Positions 1 through 10,467 of a stretch of 38,930 nucleotides of DNA are shown here, piece by piece (the first letter of the stretch is position 1; each line of letters starts with the position of its first letter). The notes beneath the pieces are model-generated. The model did no database searches. It had not been told where the DNA came from and saw only the letters and a list, made by a program, of their open reading frames with translations. The stretch comes from Octopus bimaculoides (lineage: Eukaryota). Location of the stretch: NCBI RefSeq assembly GCF_001194135.2, contig NC_068984.1, positions 9,828,675 to 9,867,604 on the forward strand, in the 5' to 3' direction. Both the position numbers and the translations under genes were made by a program.

Positions 1-1667
1 AACAGTCCCAATCACTGCTATAATCCATAACGAGCCACTTTAAGGTCACTTGACCATTTAACAACCTACTACTATCACACTACCTACATTCCTTCTTATT
101 CTCCCTTCTCTTTCTCCTTCTTTGTCTTCTTCCTCTCCGCCACCTCCTTCCTTACTTTACTACTATTGCTGTTTAGAATAACACCTATGCAAATATTATA
201 AACAAGACATTCAAAAGAGATGTCTCAAGAATTCAATCACTACTACCATCCACAACCAGTCACTTTCAGGGCACTTGACCATTTATCATCCTACTACTAT
301 CATGGCACTCCCACATGTTAGTTTCTTCTTCTTCTTCTTCTTCTTCTTCTTCTTCTTCTTCTTCTTCTCGTATACGTATATACATATACGTATATGACGG
401 ACTTTTTTTGGTTTCCGTCTACCAAATCCACTCACAAGGCTTTGGTTGGCCCGAGGCTGCTATAGAAGACACTTGCCTGAGGTGCCATGCAGTGGGACTG
501 AACCCAGAACTAAGTGGTTGGGAAACAAGCTTCTTACCATGTAGAAATAATAGTAGTGGTATTACTTATTTTTTGGTAGGTGACAGGCAGATTGAAGAAT
601 TTGGAAGAGTGTCAAGAAACAATATATTGGGAGAAAGTTAGTGTCTTTAAATGTAAGTATTTGTGTGCATATGTGCATGCATTTGTGTATGCATGAAAGT
701 GCAAGTGCCTCTGTGTATGTGTGTGTGTGTGGCACATTTCTGGTTTTGATTCAGACTCTCCAAATAGAAATATAATCGCAAGAATTCAAAGAGACTCGTG
801 CTAGTCTGTGTCAGCAAAAAAGTCAGTTCAGCAAAAAGATAAATGAGAGCTTTATTGGGCGGGGGGTGGGGCCGGGTGGGGGATCCTGTAACGAACTGGT
901 GCTACTAAAAAAATTGGGGGTTGTATGGAATAAGTAATACTATGGTAGGAAGGGGGCAGCTGAGTTCTTCATTTACAATTTGCACTTTATTGTCAGTGTT
1001 TGTTTCCCATTTGTTTCTTCTTTCTTTCTCTTTCTTTCTTTCTTTCTTTCTTTCTTTGTTTTTTCCTTCCTTCATTCTCTCCCTTTTTTTCATTTTTTTT
1101 CCCATTATTTTAAACAAAATTTGGTAGCAGACACTGTAAAGAATTTGTGACACACATAACTTACAACACATAACAGTCGAGATACAAAACGTTAAAAAAC
1201 AAAAAACAAAAAAACACACACAATAAAACAGCAAGAAATAAAAAGCGTAATAACAATGTAAAAAAAAAACCCCAGAAATACAAACACAAGAACCATTCAG
1301 AATGGTAAAAAAGAAAAAAAAATTTATGTGTTAAAGAAATTTTTTTTGAAAAATGTTTTAGTTGACAACAAAAGTGGCCCAGATCAGTTTAAAGACTTGG
1401 AATGGGATTTTATTTCTGTTAGCAGAAGTTAGTTTCTTGTTTAAGGAATGAAAAAATGGTAAGCTGGATTAAATTGATGTGGAAAAAGAATATGAGAACC
1501 ATTGAAAGTCAGTTTATATTTTGTCTTGAAATAATTGCTAAACAACAACTTGGTCTGTGATGGAATCCGATGCCTTAAAGTCTCAAAGATACATGGACAT
1601 GTTTATGGCTCTATAATACTATCCCCTCTCGCTTTCTATACCTCTCTTTTGTCTCTCTTTCTCCCAT

Positions 1668-1729
<62 letters not shown>

Positions 1730-2089
1730 CATTTCTCTCTCTTTTTCTTTCTCCCTCCCTCCCTCCATCCATCCATCCATCATTAACAGTGCATCACAGT
1801 TACAAATGTATGTACACACACACACACATGAATATCTGTATATATATANNNNNNNNNNNNNNNNNNNNNNNNNNNNNNNNNNNNNNNNNNNNNNNNNNNN
1901 NNNNNNNNNNNNNNNNNNNNNNNNNNNNNNNNNNNNNNNNNNNNNNNNNNNNNNNNNNNNNNNNNNNNNNNNNNNNNNNNNNNNNNNNNNNNNNNNNNNN
2001 NNNNNNNNNNNNNNNNNNNNNNNNNNNNNNNNNNNNNNNNNNNNNNNNNNNNNNNNNNNNNNNNNNNNNNNNNNNNNNNNNNNNNNNNN

Positions 2090-2142
<53 letters not shown>

Positions 2143-2447
2143 GGAGGGAGATAGTAATATAAATTAATGTACTCCAAGAGAATTGGTAATTACATTCAGA
2201 TACGGCAAGTTAGTAAAAGTGGCACTAATATAAGCAGTTCTTAAAATGACATAAACCAGATTCTAATAACTTTTGCCATTTAACCAAACATTGTTTATTC
2301 CATCAAGTAATTCTTCAGTTAAGTCTTGAAATTAAAAGAAGTAAGCAAGTGCCAAAATTGCAGCAGAAGATTGTTTTTCCTAAACTCTCATTTACTTCCT
2401 TCATGATAGTATTCTTCTCACTTCACTCAATGGATAATTTTATTTTC

Positions 2448-3000
2448 AACTAGCCCTGAAGCTGCCCTTCCGGTGGCATTCAGGCTGGCTCCTGTGGAGG
2501 GCACCTTTGTGGCCTTTGGCACCACTAGCAGGACACTTTGTGGCCCTCTGCCCTTGTGTAATGTAATGGACTCAGACACATTCATTGTACATGTATCACC
2601 TGATATTAATTATCTGATACCGCATTCAAAACTCCCTACACGAGAGAGGTAAATGCAGTAAAAATGGTGGGGTGGGGTCAGTGGGGCCCCATTTAAATGC
2701 TCCTTCAGAAACTGAACCTTCTTATGATACTCCCTGGGAGTTCATGGTATGAAATTCATTGTCATTGCTCCAGTTTGGTCACCAATGCCATGTAGTTAGT
2801 TTAAAATGCAATAAAAATAGGGGAGTCAGTGGGGCCCCAATTATGCAGCCCTTAAAAAAATAGACCCCCTTAGGACATTCCCTGGGATTAGGGGAGTTAC
2901 TGGTTTGAGTTTCATTGTCCTTGCACCAATGGTCTGGGAGGAGTTAACGAACATAAAAACATACTGGACAGAGAAACGCTACTCAGATTTATAATAGGAT
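2448..3000 (+). mobile_element. Non-autonomous Helitron-like element with internal tandem duplication
   Basis: Starts AACTAG and ends ...acatactggacagagaaacgctactcagatttataataggat, resembling from memory the ends of Lep1/DINE-type non-autonomous Helitrons. Two diverged ~147-bp internal units each contain gtcagtggggcccc...ccctggga...ttcattgtc. Confidence 0.5.
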
Positions 3001-4381
3001 TGGCTCTTGGCTATTTTATCTTTTATTTGTTTATGTTATTAGACTGTGGCTATGCTGGGGCACCAACTTGAAGAATTTTACTTAAACAAATCAACCCCTA
3101 TACCTTTTTTTTTTTAAGCCTGATACTTATTCTTCCAGGCTCTTTTGCCAAACTTCATAAACTCATCACGATCAGACGTTAAGCAGTGATGAAGGACAAA
3201 CACAGACTCAAAGACATAAATGGATACAGTTGTAAGACACAAATAGAGGTTACTCCTACCTTGAGGTGCGATTGGCAACAGTCCCTCCAAGTGTCAGGTC
3301 ACAGGAAACAAGCAAAACCTCACAGTTGTATCCACATGTGAGCTCTGTTCAATCTCTGCCTAGAAAGAACTACTTCCCTATGGTTGCTCCCAACTCATGT
3401 CTGTCCCTCATAACACACCTGTAAGAAAGACTCTGTTTTGAACCTGCTGCTTCTTAACATGTCACTTCCTCTCCCTTCTGGTCTCTTGACATGACATCAC
3501 TTCCTCTCCCTGATGTCACCACCACCATCACCACCAACACCACCATTTTACATCCACTTTCCATGGGTTTGATGGAGTGTCACAATCAGAATAATTTCTT
3601 AAAATCTACTGCTCCCATAGACTACTGCTAATATGCATCAATTGGCTTCGATTCTACAGACTGATGCTCTTCCTGTCACCAACCACTTTTTAACCAGATG
3701 GCCATCAATTTTCTTAAACTAACACAACCGTCTTTGCATCAATTTCCCAGCTTTGAAATGTCTGAGGGAATATGTCATTGGAAAAGTCATTAGAATAATA
3801 ATATTTCTTAAATCCTTCTGCCAAGGTCGACTTTGCCTTTCATCCTTTCAGGGTTGTTAAATTAAGTACCAGTTGCATACTGGGTTGATCTAATCGAATG
3901 CCTCCCCACTGCTCCCCCAAAATTTTGGGCATTGTGCTTAGAGTAGAAAAGAACATTTCTTAAATTCATTAGTGACTCGATTTTGGTTGGTCCCAAGAAA
4001 CCTTCAAAACTGGGTCATGCACTTCGCTCACAGAGAAATTATCTTGTGCCACAAAGTCTCCCAAAACTCCAACTTCAAACAGTAACGAAACAAGATATGA
4101 AATTGCACACTAATTAATGAAGGAGATGAAAGAGAACCAAATTGAATGTCTTTTTCCTACTTCAGTCATTACACTTTGACTTGGCTCATGTTTTTTGTTA
4201 TTTTGAAAATCAATTCTTATAATTTTTCTACCGTATGGAATTTTTAAGTAAATAGTTTAGTTGACATTTTCTGGTTTCTGTTCTGTTTTCCTTTCTTTCT
4301 TCTTTATTCCCAAATATGGTAGTTGGAATAAATATTGCTTGCTTTTGATTATTACAATTGAAGAGGAAGATTCTTCTATAC

Positions 4382-4518
4382 TATTTACATTTGACAGATA
4401 TTTGTCCTCATCTTGTTTGTTGTTAACATAACATTTCAGCTGATATACCCTCCAGCTTTCATCAGGTGTCTAAGGGGAAATTTCGAACCTGGGTTCTCAT
4501 TCGTAAAGTATTTTCGGA

Positions 4519-4557
<39 letters not shown>

Positions 4558-4658
4558 CATCATCATCATTATTAGTATTATTTTTCAGGTCACTGCCTGG
4601 AATCGAACTCAGAATCTTGGGGTTAATAGCCTGCACTCTTAACCTCTATACCATATGC
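4382..4658 (-). mobile_element. tRNA-derived SINE with (AAT)n linker and Penelope-like 3' part containing a degenerate hammerhead motif
   Basis: A box TGGTATAGAGGTTAAG (4638-4653, minus) and B box GAGTTCGATTCC (4599-4610, minus), then (AAT/GAT)n, then a tail with CTGATGA...GAAA at 4425-4470. Confidence 0.7.
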
Positions 4659-4683
4659 TGGTGGGCAATTATGGAGTGAATTT

Positions 4684-4889
4684 TAATGATAATAATAATA
4701 ATAAACATTGAAAAAATACCTTAGGAATGAGAAGCCAGGTTCGAAATTTCCCCAAGACACCTGATGAAGGCTGGAGGGTATATCAGCTGAAACGTTGTGT
4801 TAACAACAAACAAAATGGGGACAAATATCCGTCAAATGTAAATAATGTAAATAATGTACATAATTCCTCATCTCTTAAATATAGAACTG
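4684..4889 (+). mobile_element. Second copy of the same Penelope-like tail, without a tRNA head, inverted relative to 4382-4658
   Basis: (AAT)n followed by sequence that is nearly the reverse complement of 4382-4520 (ccaggttcgaaatttcccc..gacacctgatgaaggctggagggtatatcagctgaaacgttgtgttaacaacaaacaa). Confidence 0.75.
4756..4801 (+). ncRNA. Minimal type I hammerhead ribozyme motif (Penelope-type)
   Basis: GACAC (stem I) - CUGAUGA (4761-4767) - A - GGCUG/CAGCU (stem II, 4769-4773/4784-4788) - GAAAC GUU (4789-4796) - GUGUU (stem I partner, 4797-4801). The palindromic short stem III is typical of Penelope-element hammerheads. Confidence 0.7.
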
Positions 4890-4936
4890 ACGATACTTCT
4901 ATTTTTAAAAAGTGTGGTTCTTGAAGCTAACAATAT

Positions 4937-4937
<1 letters not shown>

Positions 4938-4986
<49 letters not shown>

Positions 4987-5460
4987 CCCCCTCATCATCA
5001 TCAATATCATCATCATCATTATCAGTTAACGTCCGTTGCCCATGCTGGCATGGGTTGGACGGTTTGACCAGGGCTGGCAAGCTGGGGAGCTGCACCAGAT
5101 TCCAATCTGATTTGGCATGGCCTCTAGAGCTGGATGCCCTTCCTAACACCAACCACTCTACAGAGTGTACTGGGCGCTTTTACATGGCACCGTATGGGCA
5201 TTTTTACATGTCTCCCCACGAGCACTCTCCACCACCAAAAGGATCAGTCTCTACACTCCTGCTGTGGAGCAAGGGTCTTCTTGAGTACAGCAAGTCACCA
5301 GGCATCTCGGTCCTTTGTCATCTCCCCTGAATGATTCAGCATCCTGAAGTCGTTTCTTCAGTACTTCATCCCATGTCTTCCTGGTTCTCTCACTTCTATG
5401 TGTTCCATCCACTTTGAGAGATTGGCACTTCTTTATGGAACTGTCAGCATCCATCTACAT
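4938..5460 (-). mobile_element. RTE 3' terminal block with (GAT)n tail plus RT C-terminal fragment
   Basis: Terminal block at 5025-5200. The minus frame KKCQSLKVDGTHRSERTRKTWDEVLKK lies at about 5290-5450. Confidence 0.75.
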
Positions 5461-5479
5461 CACCGGCATCATATATATT

Positions 5480-5689
5480 TTCGTAAGGTTGTGAGTTCGA
5501 TTCCCAGCATCACATTGTCTCCTTGTGCAAGACACTTTATTTCACATTGCTCCAGTCCACTCAGCTGACCAAAATGAGTTGTACCTGTAATTCAGAAGGG
5601 TCAGCCTTGTGACACTCTGTATCATGCTGAATTTCCCTGAGAACTATGTTAAGAGTACACGTGTCTGTGGAGCACTCAGCCACTTGCAC
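5480..5689 (+). mobile_element. tRNA-derived SINE fragment (family C)
   Basis: B box GAGTTCGATTCCC followed by tccttgtgcaagacactttatttcacattgctccagtccactcagctg, a V/CORE-like SINE body. Confidence 0.6.
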
Positions 5690-5815
5690 ACTGTGTGTCG
5701 TTAGCCAGCTGGAAAAAATGTTTTCTTGGGGCTAAAACAACAGTAACACCGTCCTTTACAGTACTGGCACATTATGTTGCCATATAAACATTACTATCTG
5801 GTACTTTTACTGTAT
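5689..5815 (-). ncRNA. Candidate H/ACA-like structured RNA, copy 1
   Basis: Hairpin - AAAGGA (ANANNA, plus 5752-5757) - hairpin - ACA plus 3 nt, about 127 nt. Stems covary with the copy at 6048-6175. Confidence 0.45.
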
Positions 5816-6047
5816 TTCTCTCACTCAGAGATTTAAAACATGCTGCTTTTCTCAATATGAGATCAGCAACTGTGTGTCGCTAGAAGAATATATAGTATTT
5901 GCGAGTGGAGATAGCTTTTGTCACTAGCTGGTGACTGATTGTCTCACACTGAGGACGGATAACATCCAGAAACCTAGGTCTGTGAGTATCAAGTAAGGCT
6001 AGAGATGGGAGCAATGACCTCCCTTGTAAATGCTATATACAGACACA

Positions 6048-6175
6048 GACTGTGTGTCGTTAGCCAGCTGGAAAAGATATTTTCTAGGGGCTAAAGCAAC
6101 AGTAACATCGTCCTTTACAAGACTGCCATGTTATGTTGGCATATAAAAAATATATACTTATATATTTGATTGTAT
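6048..6175 (-). ncRNA. Candidate H/ACA-like structured RNA, copy 2 (paralogue of 5689-5815)
   Basis: Same architecture offset by 359 bp. The TGGCA/TGCCA stem is swapped to TGCCA/TGGCA, and the outer TACAG/CTGTA stem is changed to TACAA/TTGTA. Confidence 0.45.
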
Positions 6176-6264
6176 TCCCAATTTCAATATGTATTGGCTG
6201 GACTAGGAGGATGATAAACTAATCTGCCTTCTCTCCCTCCATGAATTTTTATATACATATATAT

Positions 6265-6297
<33 letters not shown>

Positions 6298-6303
6298 AGA
6301 ACA

Positions 6304-6690
6304 GGTGTGGCTGTGTGGTAAGAAGCTTGCTTCCCAACCACATGGTTCCGGGTTTAGTCCCACTGCGTCGTACCTTGGGCAAGTGTCTTTTACTATAGCC
6401 TCGGGCCGACCAAAGTCTTGCGAGTGGATTGTGGATTTGGTAGATGGAAACTGAAAGAAGTATATATTTGTTTATCTGTGTTTGTCCCCCCGCCACCCAT
6501 CATCACTTGACAACCGATGTTGGTGTGTTTATGTCTCCATAACTTAGCAGTTTGGCAAAAGAAACTGATAGAATAAGTACTAGGCTTACAAAGAATAAGT
6601 CCTGGGGTCGATTAGCTCGACTAAAAGGCAGTGCTCCAGCATGGACGCAATCAAATGATTGAAACAAGTAAAAGAATAAAAGAATAGAAA
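6304..6690 (+). mobile_element. Near-full-length tRNA-derived SINE (family A)
   Basis: ggctgtgtggtaagaag...ggtttagtcccactg...accttgggcaagtgtc...gtgctccagcatgg...gaaacaagtaaaagaataaaaga. Other copies or fragments occur at about 397-540(-), 3035-3235(-), 8435-8503(+), 10765-11100(-), 23835-24110(+), 26950-27080(+), 27530-28150(-), 32160-32470(+) and 37226-37380(-). Confidence 0.8.
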
Positions 6691-7254
6691 AACATATATA
6701 TACACACATATAAAACTCCCCCATTTAAACTAAAACACATACCTATGTATGCGTGCTTGTATTATCGAGCATACATACATATGAGGTATATGCATAAACA
6801 CAACATTTTCTTTTTCTTTACTTCTCCCAATTTTTACTATTTACGTATTAATTCCTTCTAGCTTTCATTCTCTTTCTCTTCTTCAGTTTTATTTCTACTT
6901 AATTCGATTCTTCTTTTCTTCTTTCTGTCTCTCGTTTTTTTTCTTTTTCTTTCTACCTATCTTATATATTTTTTTCTTTCAATGTATCTGGTTTCTTTTT
7001 TCGCCTGTCTCTCTATTTATCTGTCTCTCTCTCTCTGTTTATCTTCGTGGATTCCAAATCAGAAGCCAAAAAAGTAATTTAATTGAAAGAACAAGCATAA
7101 ATGATTCCAAAGCAGGAAATGTCACCTTAATCACCAAAACGGATTATTTGAGAAAGAAAACCCATCAAATCTCTACTGACATCTTGAAAATAATTCCATA
7201 AAATTACTTGATATACACACATTGGTATTTTGTTTTACATTCTAACTTATACTT

Positions 7255-7490
7255 GCATTCTTCTTCTTCTTCTTCTTCTTCTTCTCCTCCTCCTCCTCCT
7301 TCTTNNNNNNNNNNTTCTTCTTCTTCTTCTTCATCTTCTTCTTCTCCTTCTTCTTCTTCTTCTTCTTCTTCAGTGCAACTACTAAGCTTCTCTCCTCTCC
7401 CCCCCCCTCTATGTCTAGTTATCCTCTCTTCCTTTCCTTTCTCTGTTTCTCTCTTCTGTCTGTTTCTGTCTCTCTTTGTCTCTGTCTACC

Positions 7491-7538
<48 letters not shown>

Positions 7539-7539
7539 G

Positions 7540-7592
<53 letters not shown>
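7255..7592. repeat. Compound microsatellite (TTC)n/(TCC)n, (TCTG)n, (TATC)n
   Basis: Seen directly. Other simple repeats include (TTC)n 325-368, (TATC)n 1670-1728, (GA)n 2090-2140, (ATT/ATC)n 20550-20630 and 21232-21283, and (CA)n 14476-14560 and 38757-38790. Confidence 0.95.
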
Positions 7593-7594
<2 letters not shown>

Positions 7595-7611
7595 ACCAGA
7601 CAATCACCAGC

Positions 7612-7727
7612 CAGTGGAGGCCCAGTGGTTGGGGCAGTGGACTCGCGGTCATAGGATCGCGGTTTCGATTCTCAGACCGGGCATTGTGTGTGTTTTTTGA
7701 GCGAAAATACCTGAAGCTCCACGAGGC
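7612..7727 (+). mobile_element. tRNA-derived SINE head (family D), truncated
   Basis: A-box-like ggcccagtggttggggcagtgg and B-box-like ggtttcgattctcagacc. Confidence 0.6.
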
Positions 7728-8430
7728 ACCGGTCATTCTTGAGGGACGTAAACCCAAGTGCCACCAGTGTCTGAAGCCCGGTCATATCAAGAAAGACTGT
7801 CTCCAGGACCAGAGTAAGGTCCTGGAACAGTTAACAAATGTTGTTCCCCCCGCTCCCCCAGTGGAGGGGGAGACGGAGGAAGTCGAGGAGGTAGAAATCT
7901 CCTCGAAAAAAGGANNNNNNNNNNGGGAGGGGCCCTGCAGAAATTTGTGAATAAAAGGAAGCATCGGAGAGAGGGAGTCCTCACCTGTACTAAGGATCCG
8001 GACTGGCCTCCGCAGGTGACTGCGGAGGTCGTGTCGGGTAGTCACAGAAGTACAGTGGTGAATTCCTTCCCCCTCGACGAATTCAGTATTGCAAAGTGGC
8101 CCGACCCAGTCCCATCGTTTCGCTTGAGAGAAGCGAAGGCTATATCAGGCGAAAAAACCTAAGAGGACGGGTGCCTCATATTGTGTAATGAAAAATCGTA
8201 AGAGGCAAATACCTTAATTTATGACTTTTTATGTACGAGGTTCATAGCCTCAATGTGAAAATTTAATTTTATAAAGAACAATGTTATAGAGAAGCAAAGT
8301 TCGGCGGGTGGCTTTTGCCTTCTCTCATTATACCATCATATTTATCATCCATTTCATCTCATTAATGTTTTTGTCCAGCCCGTAGCTACTCTCTGTGTAC
8401 TGCCTTTATAGCAAATTGAAATGAAATAAA
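7728..8430 (+). mobile_element. Retroelement remnant with gag/ORF1-type CCHC zinc knuckle
   Basis: PVILEGRKPKCHQCLKPGHIKKDC: C-X2-C-X4-H-X4-C at 7759-7800, followed by a Pro/Glu-rich stretch. AATAAA at 8425-8430. The EGR(K)P-CCHC context resembles L1/Tx1-type ORF1. Confidence 0.6.
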
Positions 8431-9855
8431 GTAGCATGCTTCCCAACCACATGGTTCTGGTTTCAGTCCCACTATATGGCACCTTGGGCAAGTGTCTTCA
8501 ACTANNNNNNNNNNNNNNNNNNNNNNNNNNNNNNNNNNNNNNNNNNNNNNNNNNNNNNNNNNNNNNNNNNNNNNNNNNNNNNNNNNNNNNNNNNNNNNNN
8601 NNNNNNNNNNNNNNNNNNNNNNNNNNNNNNNNNNNNNNNNNNNNNNNNNNNNNNNNNNNNNNNNNNNNNNNNNNNNNNNNNNNNNNNNNNNNNNNNNNNN
8701 NNNNNNNNNNNNNNNNNNNNNNNNNNNNNNNNNNNNNNNNNNNNNNNNNNNNNNNNNNNNNNNNNNNNNNNNNNNNNNNNNNNNNNNNNNNNNNNNNNNN
8801 NNNNNNNNNNNNNNNNNNNNNNNNNNNNNNNNNNNNNNNNNNNNNNNNNNNNNNNNNNNNNNNNNNNNNNNNNNNNNNNNNNNNNNNNNNNNNNNNNNNN
8901 NNNNNNNNNNNNNNNNNNNNNNNNNNNNNNNNNNNNNNNNNNNNNNNNNNNNNNNNNNNNNNNNNNNNNNNNNNNNNNNNNNNNNNNNNNNNNNNNNNNN
9001 ATATATCATCATCATCCTCATCATCATCGTTTAACGTCCGCTTTCCATGCTAGCATGGGTTGGATGATTTGACTGGGGACTGGCGAAGCAGATGGCTACA
9101 CCAGGCTCCAATCTGATTTGGCAGAGTTTCTACAGCTGGATGCCCTTCCTAATGCCAACCACTCCGAGAGTGTAGTGGGTGCTTTTACATGCCACCGGCA
9201 CAAGGACCTGTCAGGCAGTACTGGCAACGGCCAGACTCAAGTGGTGTTTTTTACGTGCCACCTGCACAGAAGTCAGTCCAGCGGCACTGGCAATGACCTC
9301 GCTCAAATGTTTTTTCACGTGCCAGTAAGGCGACGCTGGTAATGATCAGTAAGGCGACATGTATTTTCTTTTACCCAAAGGTAATGAACTTTCCAGCATT
9401 CCCTCATATAATAGGAATTTTTGAGCATCAAATGGCTATGGAGGTCCACCTGAGTAGAATAGAAATCAAAGGGATCCATAGGTAAAAAATGGGTTGAAAA
9501 CCACAGGCATAGACATTTAGGGTTCATCTTGGATTCGTAGCTCCCCTGCAAAACTGTCCATGTCCACTTACATCAGGTTTAATACTTACCTGCAGTTCCA
9601 GAGAAGTGGTTCCTTGAGCAACTGAAGACTATTTTGAAAAGGAGCAACATCAAAAGACATCATCACCTGATGTTTACCTTGGGGATGTCATTGATGCAAA
9701 GGATTTGGAAATAAGGAGGAGAAATGAAGTCAGCACTACCAGGAATAAAATTAAGCAGAAGAGACTTGTACTCTGAGTAATACAACAACTTTACATTATT
9801 TACAATTTGAATTGTCTGGTGACACATCGTTCTTGAGGAGACCTATTGAGATAAG

Positions 9856-10026
9856 TGTTATATCGCAATACTACACTGTGGCTATGTGAGCTACGAAATC
9901 CTCGTCACCACTGTTATATCGCACGTTCGGATGACCTCTACTCAACTACCCCGATGTCTAGACTTCTCCCTCTATATCTATGTATTGGGCTAGCCTACTT
10001 CATCGTCTGGGGGTGTTGACACAACA
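9856..10026. mobile_element. Possible short solo LTR inserted in an RTE 3' end
   Basis: 171 bp bounded by TGTT...AACA and flanked by ataag/gtaag (5-bp TSD with 1 mismatch). Removing it restores the RTE sequence gagacctattgag-taag-taagatcaaaatc. Confidence 0.45.
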
Positions 10027-10467
10027 GTAAGTAAGATCAAAATCAAAAATCAAATCAATCAAAATGGAAATTGTAGTTGTGGCTGATGCCAGTGCCACCT
10101 AACTGGCTCTTGTATTGGTGGCGCGCAATAAGCACCATCTGAACGTGGTTGATGCCAGACCTCTCACCCTATCCCGACTGGCTTCTGTGCTGGTAGCACA
10201 TAAAAAGCACCATCTGAACATGGCTGATGCCGTGCCACCTGACCAGCTCCCATGCCGGTGGCACATAAAAAGCACCCACTGAACTCTTGGAGCAGTTGGC
10301 ATTAGGAAGGGCATCCAGCTGTAGAAACTCTGCCAGATCAGATTGGAGCCTGGTGCAGCCATCAGGTTCGCCAGTCCTCAGTCAAATCATCCAACCCATG
10401 CTAGTATGAAAAACAAATGTTAAATGACAACGACGATGACGACGATGATGATGATGATGATCCATAG

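Noticed and set aside
1380-1620. Possible old L1/Tx1 RT fragment
   Set aside because: Too degraded, with no diagnostic motif I can read confidently.
3260-3420. Minus-strand segment with acceptor- and donor-like sites
   Set aside because: Stops in all three frames from the nearer acceptor. It is more likely a degraded repeat.
4576-4658. tRNA gene
   Set aside because: A and B boxes are present, but there is no convincing cloverleaf acceptor stem and the same head recurs at 30395, so it is a SINE head.
5689-5695. RSS heptamer CACAGTG (minus strand) suggesting a RAG/Transib signal
   Set aside because: It is exact in only one of the three units, and no nonamer was found at 12- or 23-bp spacing.
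9590-9666. Minus-strand exon-like segment ending CAG|GTAAGT
   Set aside because: Weak acceptor, unrecognised peptide, and an implied next intron of only about 44 nt into sequence resembling transposon debris.
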